From assembly GCA_051252375.1 (NCBI GenBank), contig JBPOFY010000003.1, positions 320,001 to 384,000 on the forward strand: a DNA stretch of 64,000 nucleotides. The letters are read 5' to 3'. Under the pieces are notes generated by a model. That model made no database searches. It worked only from the letters and a program-made list of their open reading frames with translations, and had not been told where the DNA came from. Below are positions 22,101 through 30,643 of this stretch, in pieces; the stretch's first letter is position 1; every line of letters starts with the position of its first letter. The translations under genes were made by a program, and so were the position numbers. The DNA comes from Opitutaceae bacterium (GTDB lineage Bacteria; Verrucomicrobiota; Verrucomicrobiia; Opitutales; Coraliomargaritaceae).

Positions 22101-24373
22101 AAGCCCGCGTATTGAGTGGCGGCACTTGGAGTGCGCTGACAAAAGCCACCTTTATTCTCAACGAGAGTTCTCCATTGCGGGTTACTGAAATTATGTATCA
22201 CCCTGCGGTCGCGGGTAGTGGAGCCGAAACTGGATACTCGGCTTCCGATTTCGAGTTCATCGAGATTCTAAACACGAGCGCTGAGGCTGTCGGTTTGGCA
22301 GGCACCGAGTTTAATGGTGGTGTTTACTTCGACTTTTCAGCAGGTAGCATCAGCACACTAAATCCCGGTGAATACCTCGTCCTAGTGAGTAACCTCGACG
22401 CCTTCAAAGCCCGCTACACCAACTGGGCAAGCATCAACATCGCAGGAGAATATACCGGCAAGTTCTACATCACTCCAGGGACGCTCGACAACAGCGGTGA
22501 AGCGGTCTCGTTGGTTGATGGCTTCGGGAGTGTGATACTCGATTTTGAATACAATGACTCGTGGTATGCCATTACAGATGGCGAAGGGTATTCTCTGACA
22601 CTGATGGATCCGACGGCTGCAACGACCACTTGGAGCAGCAGTGCTTCTTGGCGAGCGAGTAAATATACTGGCGGCACGCCCGGTGAAGCACCCGAGGATT
22701 TCTTCTCGCCTGACGATATTGTTATCAACGAAGCGCTGACACACCAAGACGACGACACGCCAGGTGACTGGATTGAACTCTATAACAACTCCGACGAAAC
22801 AATCGACATCAACGGTTGGTTCCTTAGCGACGATAATGATAACCTCATGAAAATTGAGTTGAGTGGTCTGTCGACGATTGCACCTGGTGGATATCTCGTG
22901 CTAACCGAGGCTTCACATTTCGGCACGACTGTTGACGCTATCAACGGCTTCGCGTTGAGCGAACTTGGTGAGGCGATCTACCTTTCCTCGGGGGAAAGCA
23001 GCGAGTTGACCGGCTACCGTGTCATCAATTATTTCGGCGCTGCCGAACGTGATGTCACCTTTGGGCGTTATGTGAAAAGCGATGGAACGGCTGATTTTAC
23101 GGCCCAGAGTTCTCAGACGCTTGGCGCAGCGAATGCTTATCCATTGATGGGAGATGTGGCTATTACTGAGGTGATGTATCATCCTTCTGATATAAGTGGA
23201 TACGAATTCATCGAGATTCGCAACACTGGCTCCTCCAGTGTGTCGCTCTACGACTCCACTTATACTACCAACACCTGGAAGCTAGAGGGTGCTGTGGAAT
23301 TTACTTTCCCGGTGGGGCTGACTTTAGATCCTGGCGAATACCTAGTGATCTCCGAAACGGATGAGGCAAGCTTCCGCAGTTACTATACCGTGGATGCAGG
23401 TGTGACTGTGCTTGGTCCGTATACTGGATCTTTGAACAATTCCGGCGAAGACATCTATTTAACCCGCCCTGGAGACCCCGAAGCACTGACCGGTGAAGTG
23501 CCTTACATCGTTGTCGAGCTTGTTGATTATGACGACGCATCACCATGGCCGACTGAAGCCGATGGCGCGGGCTATTCACTGCGCCGCCTTGACGAATTAA
23601 CCTATCCCAACGATTACGTAAACTGGAGCCGAAGTTCGGGGCTGCCTACACCGGGACTCGGTGATACGGCTCTGATTTCTGACTATACTGAGATGACTGT
23701 GGCGGGCACGTTCAATAGCTGGAATGCTTCCGGCGCGAACATGACACTCGTCGACAACTACACTTGGGAGTGGGAGACCACCTTCTCGAGCGAGAGCAGT
23801 GTGGAATTCAAGTTTGCCGCGAATGGATCATGGGATGCCAACTGGGGCGACAGTGCCCCGTCGAGCCTGTCGCTTCCTCTCTCCGGAATCGCTGATTGGT
23901 TCGGATCGGACATCGTGGTTAGCGATACACTCGACGGGAACTACCGATTTACCTTCAACGAGCAAAGTCTGACATATTCGCTGGTAGTCACTGGTTCAGC
24001 AGACGGTGATGGCGACGGTATGAACGACAGTTGGGAAGAATATTACTTCGTAACTACCGACGCCGTGAACGGCGGTCCCTCGGATGACTGGGACGGGGAT
24101 GGCTCTTCAAATCTGAGTGAATACATTGCGGGAACAGACCCGACTGATCCCGCCGACCTCTTTTGTGTGAAGCTATTCTCAATCTCAGGCACCTCGGTTG
24201 ACGTCAGTTGGTCTTCTGTGTCAGGTAAGACGTATGCCATTCAAAAATGCACCGATCTGACCGGCAATTCCTGGGGCAGTATCGTTCCTGGGATCAACGC
24301 AACTTCGCCAACCAACAGCTACAACTTAACGTCAGAAGATACTGAAGCCTTCTTCCGTGTCATCGTGGAATGA
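19139..24373 (+). CDS. Giant secreted lamin-tail-domain / CotH kinase-like protein with chitobiase/FN3-associated domains and a C-terminal CBM-like module
   Basis: Signal peptide; four LTD motifs (DWIELYN, EFIEILN, DWIELYN, EFIEIRN). YYTxDGxxP appears twice. CotH-like core: RIRG..S..NPKHSFR, HLYINGMYWGLY..EE, GNRD..PRN..AHDNE. Ends with GTFNSW..EFKFAANGSW and a GTDP..FFRV tail. Confidence 0.88.
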   Translation: MNPTSNLKSVAVVLLSILWTMVCSADVLISEFMAKNDATLLDGDGNYSDWIELYNTGSTTVDLTGWYLSDDATDLTQWAFPSKSIAAGEYLVVFASGQATAGYTDSLGYLHTNFKLSGSGESVVLTQSNGTTVEHSFIDYPEQDDDVSYGLAQDSSYTSLIVEEQSATAIAGTSEPSASWNTVSFDDSSWQSGDTGVGYVEFGPQGGSSPYSSMINLDLGSTMFVDTRPPTSYDSAYIRVDFTVGDPSLISQLVLRMKYDDGFVAYINGVQVASANAPASLSYTASATAEHDGSSYEDFTILNASSYLQSGSNVLAIHGLDYPVTAGPGVVFDFFIMPELTGITVGDVQPNAAMYFETPTPDAANVFGILGYVGDTTFTVDRGFFSAAFDVEIACDTVGSDIYYTVDGTTPATDNGTLYTGAITVSQTTVLRAAAFVTGYQPSDVDTQTYIFLDDVIAQGTSVGSLAPEFPASAVNGQDFDYGMDTNVTQSATYSSQIEAAMTAIPSLSIVTDPDNLFDASTGIYVNASESGEAWEREMSVELINPDGSDGFQINGGMRIRGASSTTSSNPKHSFRFMFKSEYGTTKLNYPLFGDEGADSYKRMDLRTGQNFSWANQTPQYATWLYDIFTRDSHRDMNQPYTRGEYYHLYINGMYWGLYQTEERCDSRYAASYYGGDNDDYDAVKADADSGDMYALDGTRDAYEDLWTSITAGVTGNANYFALQGMNFDGTENSSGTKLLDVDNVIDYMLLIYFTGNRDSPIGPPHQGTMPRNLTTIYNRANPDGFKYVAHDNEHSLEVSQGVNHNRFNTSLASSFDGIDRMTPWWMNLELMANDEYALRFADHVHEHFFNNGELTTARTTARMEARRDEIYAAVVAESARWGDSAGTLRTRDGDWESTVDWLLDTYMAQRSAIVLAQIQSKGWYPSVAAPEFNQHGGSIASGFSLSISGSGTVYYTTDGSDPREVGGNAVGTTYSSAITLDESTQIKARVLSGGTWSALTKATFILNESSPLRVTEIMYHPAVAGSGAETGYSASDFEFIEILNTSAEAVGLAGTEFNGGVYFDFSAGSISTLNPGEYLVLVSNLDAFKARYTNWASINIAGEYTGKFYITPGTLDNSGEAVSLVDGFGSVILDFEYNDSWYAITDGEGYSLTLMDPTAATTTWSSSASWRASKYTGGTPGEAPEDFFSPDDIVINEALTHQDDDTPGDWIELYNNSDETIDINGWFLSDDNDNLMKIELSGLSTIAPGGYLVLTEASHFGTTVDAINGFALSELGEAIYLSSGESSELTGYRVINYFGAAERDVTFGRYVKSDGTADFTAQSSQTLGAANAYPLMGDVAITEVMYHPSDISGYEFIEIRNTGSSSVSLYDSTYTTNTWKLEGAVEFTFPVGLTLDPGEYLVISETDEASFRSYYTVDAGVTVLGPYTGSLNNSGEDIYLTRPGDPEALTGEVPYIVVELVDYDDASPWPTEADGAGYSLRRLDELTYPNDYVNWSRSSGLPTPGLGDTALISDYTEMTVAGTFNSWNASGANMTLVDNYTWEWETTFSSESSVEFKFAANGSWDANWGDSAPSSLSLPLSGIADWFGSDIVVSDTLDGNYRFTFNEQSLTYSLVVTGSADGDGDGMNDSWEEYYFVTTDAVNGGPSDDWDGDGSSNLSEYIAGTDPTDPADLFCVKLFSISGTSVDVSWSSVSGKTYAIQKCTDLTGNSWGSIVPGINATSPTNSYNLTSEDTEAFFRVIVE

Positions 24374-24491
24374 GTGGTCATCGACTCTAGTCGATTTATG
24401 CAAAAGTGCTGGTCTGCTCTAACTCAAATTAGGGGTAGGCCAGTGAGACTGTAAATCTTATGAGAGTGGGGCGTGCGTTGAATCGAGAATG

Positions 24492-25907
24492 CTATTCAGT
24501 GCTCCAAATGGGCATGTCTTGTTCGTCTAGCCCGATGCACTGTGGTTGAGCTAAATGTTCGGGTGCTTGCCCCATGCAGAGCATGCGTTGCATCAGACGT
24601 TGGCTGAGTTGCTGCAGGACTTCTGCATTTGCAGGTTCGTTGACGACATTGTGGCATTCCGCAGGATCATTCTCTAGGTCGTAGAGTTCCCAGCAGTCGA
24701 AGGAGTGGGTGCAGAGTTTCCACTTCTTCGTGCGAAGCATGGAGCCGGGTCCGTATTGGCTGGGGCTGTGTGGCGCTCTTAAGTTAACGCCTTTAATTGG
24801 TTGGTCGAGTGGTGACAAATAAGTGCCGCCTTCGGCGAAGACGTCGGCGCGTGCCTGATAGTCGTCCTTAGCCAGTGAATGTGCGCGACTGCCTTCGGGT
24901 TGGGGCACGCCACAAAGATCGAGGATGGTGGCCATCATGTCTTGTGTTTCAACAAAGTCGCTGCTCTCACCGCGCGGAATGCGTCCGCTGGGATCCCACA
25001 GAACGACTGGCACACGCACCATCGAATCATAAAAGGCGGCTAGCTTATGCGTGACACCGTAGTCGCCGAGAAACTCACCGTGGTCACTCCAGAAGAGCAC
25101 GATAGTGGAATCAAGGATGTCGAGTGCCTCGAGCTTATCTAGGACGCGACCTACTTGATCATCCACGTAACGGATCTGGCCGCAATACATGGCCATGGCT
25201 TTTTTGAAATCATCTTCGGTCGCTTCGAGTGAACGGGAGTTTTCCCGCCAATGACTCATACGCTGTGGCTCGCCGGGGGCGGGCTCGCGGCGAAAGTTCT
25301 CCGGTAGCTCGAACTGGTCGGGCGAGAACATCGAGGCGTAGGGCTCTGGAGCGGTGAAGTAGGGGTGAGGGTCCTGGTAGTTCAGGCTCAGGAAGAAGGG
25401 CTCGCCAGTGGCATTGCGGCGGTCGATGTAATCCAAGCCGGCGGTAGTGAAGCGCTCAGTGACATTCCAAGGGCTGTCGTCCGCCAGTGTGCCAGAGCTC
25501 CAGCTGCGCACGTAGTCCGGATGGTCGTCCATATTACCGAGGCAGTAATCTTCGCCTTCGTCGTAGTGTAGACCGATGGCGTCTTCGACGATGACATGCT
25601 GCTTGCCAAAGAGTGCGCGATGATAGCCAGCTTGCTTTAGCTGTTGTAAGACGTTTGGGCTGGCGGGTTCTAGGTTGCCGCCGTAATCACGCACACCGTG
25701 CTCGCAAGGGTATTGACCGGTCAACATGGAGCTGCGACTGGGACCACACATCGGCGAAGGGCAAAACGCGTGGTTGAAATTGGTGCCCATCTTCGCGAGT
25801 CGCGAGAGATGCTTTGTCTCGATAAAGGGATGCCCATTCGGCGTCATATAATCCCAACGCATTTGGTCGGGGTTAATGAGGACGATGTTGTATTGCTTGT
25901 GAGTCAT
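24492..25907 (-). CDS. S1 (formylglycine-dependent) sulfatase, no signal peptide
   Basis: DQMR, CGPSRSSMLTG, GKQH, DPHPY, SDHGEFLG, HK, ELYDLENDP. Confidence 0.95.
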   Translation of the reverse strand: MTHKQYNIVLINPDQMRWDYMTPNGHPFIETKHLSRLAKMGTNFNHAFCPSPMCGPSRSSMLTGQYPCEHGVRDYGGNLEPASPNVLQQLKQAGYHRALFGKQHVIVEDAIGLHYDEGEDYCLGNMDDHPDYVRSWSSGTLADDSPWNVTERFTTAGLDYIDRRNATGEPFFLSLNYQDPHPYFTAPEPYASMFSPDQFELPENFRREPAPGEPQRMSHWRENSRSLEATEDDFKKAMAMYCGQIRYVDDQVGRVLDKLEALDILDSTIVLFWSDHGEFLGDYGVTHKLAAFYDSMVRVPVVLWDPSGRIPRGESSDFVETQDMMATILDLCGVPQPEGSRAHSLAKDDYQARADVFAEGGTYLSPLDQPIKGVNLRAPHSPSQYGPGSMLRTKKWKLCTHSFDCWELYDLENDPAECHNVVNEPANAEVLQQLSQRLMQRMLCMGQAPEHLAQPQCIGLDEQDMPIWSTE

Positions 25908-25920
25908 TTTAACTAGCGCT

Positions 25921-26130
25921 CTAAAATAAAGGGTAGAGGAATGGGGCTATGGCGGAACCGCTGAGCATGACGAGTAGTCCAAGTAGTAGTAAGATGATGA
26001 TAATGGGCAGCATCCACCATTTTTTGTTGTGGCGAAGAAAGTGTAGGAACTCGGTTATGATGTTGCCGCGCTTTTGGGCGGCCTCGTCGAGAAAGGTCTC
26101 TTTCTGTGATGGCTTTTGAGGGGCTGACAT
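25921..26130 (-). CDS. DUF5989 (SxtK-like) small membrane protein
   Basis: EFLHFLRHNKKWWMLPII...SAIAPFLYPLF signature; follows an SxtJ-like gene. Confidence 0.88.
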   Translation of the reverse strand: MSAPQKPSQKETFLDEAAQKRGNIITEFLHFLRHNKKWWMLPIIIILLLLGLLVMLSGSAIAPFLYPLF

Positions 26131-26147
26131 AAGGTTCCTTTGGTGGG

Positions 26148-26567
26148 CTAGAATTGTTTAAAGTAGCGTTCGACACTGTCGTTGCGGGGGTGGTCTGACC
26201 AATAGCTTTCGCATTTCGGGTCCCAACGTCGGTGTAAGGCGTCGCGACCGAGCAGGCGAAAGACCAGTGCCAGTGGTGTGATGATACCGAAGAAAAAGAG
26301 GAGCATAATTAAATGACTGATCACCCATCCGATGGGGAAGCCGATGAGAGTCAAAGTGAGGTAGACTGGTTTTACGAGCTTGGGCGACAGTTTGCTGAGT
26401 ATGAAGATCAGTATGCCGACAATACAAATAGCCGAGAGGACGGGCATGGGCAGATCAAAACGCCACCGTAGCAGGCAAGCGATTAGCAGCAGCATGATTG
26501 GAGCGATTTGCCCAAACTGTCGCAGCTTTCCCTCTGTAGGGTTCATGTCTAATTGCACCATCGCCAT
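26148..26567 (-). CDS. SxtJ-family membrane protein
   Basis: LRQFG, PIGWVISH..FF..ITP..RLLGRDAL..SYW..QF. Follows the carbamoyltransferase. Confidence 0.88.
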   Translation of the reverse strand: MAMVQLDMNPTEGKLRQFGQIAPIMLLLIACLLRWRFDLPMPVLSAICIVGILIFILSKLSPKLVKPVYLTLTLIGFPIGWVISHLIMLLFFFGIITPLALVFRLLGRDALHRRWDPKCESYWSDHPRNDSVERYFKQF

Positions 26568-26579
26568 TATAGTAATTCC

Positions 26580-28448
26580 TTAATCGAGTTGAAATTTGTT
26601 AAGATGTTGATCCGCCTCATTATTCTCCGTGACGGGTTGATCCTCTTTCAGTAACACGCAGTTCTCCAATACGAGGACATCCATTTCGGTCGCCATGAAG
26701 CACTGCCAGGCATTCTCTGGAGTGCAAACAATCGGTTCGCCACGAACATTGAAGCTGGTGTTGATGACCAAGGGGCAACCGCTTTTCGTCTCGAACCGTT
26801 TAATTAGGTGATAATAGCGTCCATGTCGGATTGGGTCCACGGTCTGGACGCGGGCAGAATGATCCACATGGGTGACGCTGGGTATTGAACTACGTTGAAC
26901 ATTGAGTAAATCGAAGCCATTCAATCCGTTCTGCTCTGTAGTGCTTGTATCGATACGTTTACTTTCATCGATTGGAGCCACCAGTAGCATGTAGGGGCTG
27001 TCGCAACCATCGCCTAGATTGAAATATTCGCTGGCGCGTTCTTGAATGACACTCGGGGCAAAGGGACGGAAGGATTCGCGGTATTTGATTTTTAAATTCA
27101 TGCGAGATTGCATATCCGAGCTACGGGGATCGCCAATAATGCTACGTGAACCAAGCGCACGAGGACCGAATTCCATCTTTCCTTGGAACCAGCCGACCAC
27201 TTTTTCTTGTAGAATGGCATCTGACACGACTTCAAGCAGTTCGTCTTCGTTATCAATTGAGCGATAGACGGCTGTGGTTGAATCGAGAAAATCTTTGACT
27301 TGGTCGTTGGAGTAGACGGGTCCAAGTAGTGATCCACGCTGCATGTCCGAGTCCTGATTTACGGTGCGTTCATTCTCCATGAGCTGGTGCCAGACGAGTA
27401 AGGCGGCGCCCAGTGCAGCGCCGGCATCACCTGCGGCTGGCTGAATCCAAATGTTCTCAAAGGGTCCTTCTCGCTGAATGCGACCATTGCCGACACAGTT
27501 GAGGGCGACACCTCCGGCGAGCACGAGATTGCGCTTACCTGTGAGGCGGTGCGCATGGTTTACCATCCGTAACATAATCTCCTCTGTGACCTTTTGGATG
27601 GATGCGGCGATATCCATGTGTTGCTGAGTCAGTGGCGTTTCCGGTTCACGACGTGGAACTTTGAAGAGTTCCTCGAATTTGCCACTAGTCATCACGTCCG
27701 AGTCACAATAGGAAAAGTAGTCCATATTCAGACGGAAGGAGCCATCCTCTTTGAGGTCCAGTAGCTCCGTCATGATACGGTCGTAGTGCACCGGTTTACC
27801 GTAAGGTGCTAGACCCATTAACTTGTATTCGCCAGAGTTCACCCGGAAGCCGCAGAAATAGGTGAAGGCTGAATAGAGCAGACCCAGAGAGTGGGGGAAC
27901 CGTAGCTCCTGCAGAAGTTCGACTTGGTTTCCCTTTCCAATGCCGACGCTAGCGGTGGCCCATTCGCCCACACCATCCATCGTGACTATGGCAGCTTCTT
28001 CAAAGGGAGATGGCAGGAACGCACTGGCGGCATGTGATTCGTGGTGTCCACAAAAGAGATAGCGTCCTTTGTATTTATGGTTGAGTGCTGCGTCGAGCTC
28101 GCGGGGTAAGTGGAGCTTCTGCTTCAACCACAGAGGGATGCTCATCAAGAACTGTTTAAAGCCTCTAGGTGCGTAACTGATGTAGGTTTCGAGTAGTCGT
28201 TCAAAGCGCAACAAGGGCTTTTCATAAAAGACCACGTGGTCGATTTGGCTTTCGTTGATTCCTGCCTCTTCTAGGCAATATCGAACTGCTTGAGTTGGAA
28301 ACCTGTAGTCGTGCTTCTTACGTGTGAAACGTTCTTCCTGAGCAGCAGCGACGATATGACCATCTTTCAACAATGCCGCAGCACTGTCGTGATAATAAGC
28401 CGATATCCCTAAGATATAAACAGGCGTCTCTATGGAGCTCGTTCTCAT
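26580..28448 (-). CDS. O-carbamoyltransferase (NodU/CmcH/SxtI family)
   Basis: YYHDSAAAL, QEERFTRKKHD, HHESHAASAF, DGVGE, GEYKLMGLAPYG, GGVALN, EFGPRALG.RS, RESFRPFAP, NTSFNVRGEPIV. Confidence 0.95.
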   Translation of the reverse strand: MRTSSIETPVYILGISAYYHDSAAALLKDGHIVAAAQEERFTRKKHDYRFPTQAVRYCLEEAGINESQIDHVVFYEKPLLRFERLLETYISYAPRGFKQFLMSIPLWLKQKLHLPRELDAALNHKYKGRYLFCGHHESHAASAFLPSPFEEAAIVTMDGVGEWATASVGIGKGNQVELLQELRFPHSLGLLYSAFTYFCGFRVNSGEYKLMGLAPYGKPVHYDRIMTELLDLKEDGSFRLNMDYFSYCDSDVMTSGKFEELFKVPRREPETPLTQQHMDIAASIQKVTEEIMLRMVNHAHRLTGKRNLVLAGGVALNCVGNGRIQREGPFENIWIQPAAGDAGAALGAALLVWHQLMENERTVNQDSDMQRGSLLGPVYSNDQVKDFLDSTTAVYRSIDNEDELLEVVSDAILQEKVVGWFQGKMEFGPRALGSRSIIGDPRSSDMQSRMNLKIKYRESFRPFAPSVIQERASEYFNLGDGCDSPYMLLVAPIDESKRIDTSTTEQNGLNGFDLLNVQRSSIPSVTHVDHSARVQTVDPIRHGRYYHLIKRFETKSGCPLVINTSFNVRGEPIVCTPENAWQCFMATEMDVLVLENCVLLKEDQPVTENNEADQHLNKFQLD

Positions 28449-28495
28449 TGAGTCACTTCAAATGTTTTTGTCTTCTTGGTCGCCACAGTGTTGTT

Positions 28496-30625
28496 CTAAT
28501 TATTGGTGAGTTGTTCCAGTAATGCTCGACTGCGTTGGTGGTTTGGGTCCTTTGCTAAAACTGCTTTCAATTCCTGAATCGCTTGAGACGTTTTACCTTG
28601 TCTAGCGTAAATGTTGGCGACTCCAAAGCGTGCATCAGTGTAGTCAGGATTATTTTCTATAACTACTTCCCAATACTTTAGCGCTTCTCGTTGATTTTCT
28701 GGATCGCTTGTATTCTGGTTGAAATGATTCAACCCGAGATTGAAGTATGCTTGCTCATGGTAACCTGTCACCGCGGTCACTTCACTTAATAAGTTGATCG
28801 CTTCTTCATGGCGCCCCTGCATGCCAATCACGACTCCTAGGTTCGCTTTCCTTTCGAAGATGTTTGGTTCTGCTTCTAGTGATGCGCGAAATAAATTTTC
28901 AGCTTCTTTGTGTTTTCCACTGTAGAGTTTGATTAGAGCTAATGGCTCTAACGAGCCGGTGTCGTGAGGGAACTCATCAATGACTTTCTGATAATATTCT
29001 TCGGCTATTGGGAAATTGCCAGTCGCGTAGGTATGGAGATCTGCGAAGTTATCATAGATGAACCAATGCGGATGATTCTTGAGTGCATACGCATACTCCG
29101 CTAAGACTTCTTGTGATACCTGTTTTGTTAGACTGGAGTTCAGTGTGTCGACTTCTTTGAGCCACTTCTCTTTTAGGGTTTCTATGTCGGATTGAAAAGT
29201 GAAGGGCGGTGTTCCTAATCGTTCTAAATTGAAACGTGCAATTTTGAGCTGGTCCCAGTGAGTGTAAGCGAGTCGTTTCTTCACTTCGGGTTCAGAGATG
29301 ACTTCATCCGATTCAGTGGTGATCCCCTTTTTAGCTTTTAATTCTTTTAGGACGGCAGGGTTGAATGACTTGGCTAGCAAATAGTTTCCGGTGAAATTAA
29401 AATGAACGTGCTCATACAAGACTTCCGTTCCAGGGATTCCGTTTGGACTGTTATCTTCGATTGCTTTTCTGCCGTCGACTAAAGTGACTGCTTCAAAATC
29501 TGCCGCGGTTTCTTGGATAATTTTGTTGATCGTGCTGTCAGCCCTGAAACGAAGCACATCAAGATCTCGTGCCATTTCATAAGCCTGTTTAGCCAAATCG
29601 ATTTGATCGTTCTTCAAATAGCATTCGGCTATACGGAAATGTAGTTCGGCGTATTTGTCATCGAGCTCCAATAGCTCTCTGTAGAGCTTAAGCGCTTGGT
29701 CAACTTGACCACTCTCAAACAATTCGTTCCCGTCCGAATAAAGGGATTCCCAAGTTTTCAGCTCATCGCTACTAAGGGATGCTTTATGTTGGGAAGCGAA
29801 GGGAGCATTGTCTTTCAGGTTCACCGCGACGGTGCTGATCAATATAGGCACATTATGCCGGCTCCCAGTCTTGAACATGGAACGTAAGTTATTCTGATAG
29901 TGGCGATATACGGTCTGCATCCTTGAGTCATCTTGGGCCACAGGGTTGTCCAAAAACATTTCCATGCCTGCCCATTCAGTCGGTTTACCATCATCCTGCT
30001 TAAGATTCGTAGCGATCCATTGTCCATATCGGCTCGCTCTGACCTTGGTTTGTAGAGCAATTAGCCAACGATACTTGACCAAGGGAGAAAAGACAGAACC
30101 AGCGCCATAAGGGCCCACGACTTCATTGTTACCTAGATAAATGATAAACAAATCTGGATCTAAATCGAGACATGCTCGCATGATTGGGAGGACGACATGT
30201 GAGTTGATCGCCGTAATCGCTACATTATAGACTTCAATACTCTGTTCTGGAAATTGCTCCTCTAGCATGACTTCCAGTTGTCGAGCCATGCCATACTCGG
30301 GGGCGGGGTCACCTTGTGCGGCGGAAGCACCTAGCAAAAATATCCGGACGCTATTTTCTGGTTTCTCCTCAGGTATGATAAAGGGCATAGAACCGCGGGA
30401 AAGCCCTGCTCCGAAATACTGCCTCATGAAGTATTGGTTGCTGAGGGCAACTTTTTCACCCCCGTCCTCGGAGGATAAATAGAAACTGGTCGGCACCCCA
30501 GATCCAGCGCGTGCCATGCTGAATTCAATCAATACTAGGATGAGAACTAGTAAAACACATGTGACCACCGTGCTAAATAGCGCGATTTTCCATTTAGGCA
30601 GTGGTTTGATTGTAGGCGGGTTCAT
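28496..30625 (-). CDS. Membrane-anchored SGNH-like / tetratricopeptide repeat protein
   Basis: N-terminal TM helix; LLGASAAQG, YLGNNE and EHVH SGNH-like blocks; multiple TPR repeats. Confidence 0.82.
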   Translation of the reverse strand: MNPPTIKPLPKWKIALFSTVVTCVLLVLILVLIEFSMARAGSGVPTSFYLSSEDGGEKVALSNQYFMRQYFGAGLSRGSMPFIIPEEKPENSVRIFLLGASAAQGDPAPEYGMARQLEVMLEEQFPEQSIEVYNVAITAINSHVVLPIMRACLDLDPDLFIIYLGNNEVVGPYGAGSVFSPLVKYRWLIALQTKVRASRYGQWIATNLKQDDGKPTEWAGMEMFLDNPVAQDDSRMQTVYRHYQNNLRSMFKTGSRHNVPILISTVAVNLKDNAPFASQHKASLSSDELKTWESLYSDGNELFESGQVDQALKLYRELLELDDKYAELHFRIAECYLKNDQIDLAKQAYEMARDLDVLRFRADSTINKIIQETAADFEAVTLVDGRKAIEDNSPNGIPGTEVLYEHVHFNFTGNYLLAKSFNPAVLKELKAKKGITTESDEVISEPEVKKRLAYTHWDQLKIARFNLERLGTPPFTFQSDIETLKEKWLKEVDTLNSSLTKQVSQEVLAEYAYALKNHPHWFIYDNFADLHTYATGNFPIAEEYYQKVIDEFPHDTGSLEPLALIKLYSGKHKEAENLFRASLEAEPNIFERKANLGVVIGMQGRHEEAINLLSEVTAVTGYHEQAYFNLGLNHFNQNTSDPENQREALKYWEVVIENNPDYTDARFGVANIYARQGKTSQAIQELKAVLAKDPNHQRSRALLEQLTNN

Positions 30626-30643
30626 CTTTTTATTAACGGCTTC

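Noticed and set aside
24380..24395. Small hairpin ATCGAC-TCTA-GTCGAT after the CotH gene
   Set aside because: The 6-bp stem and poor U-tract are too weak to call a terminator.
25921..28448. Saxitoxin biosynthesis cluster
   Set aside because: Only the widespread sxtI/J/K-like trio is present; there is no sxtA/sxtG-like or other core gene.
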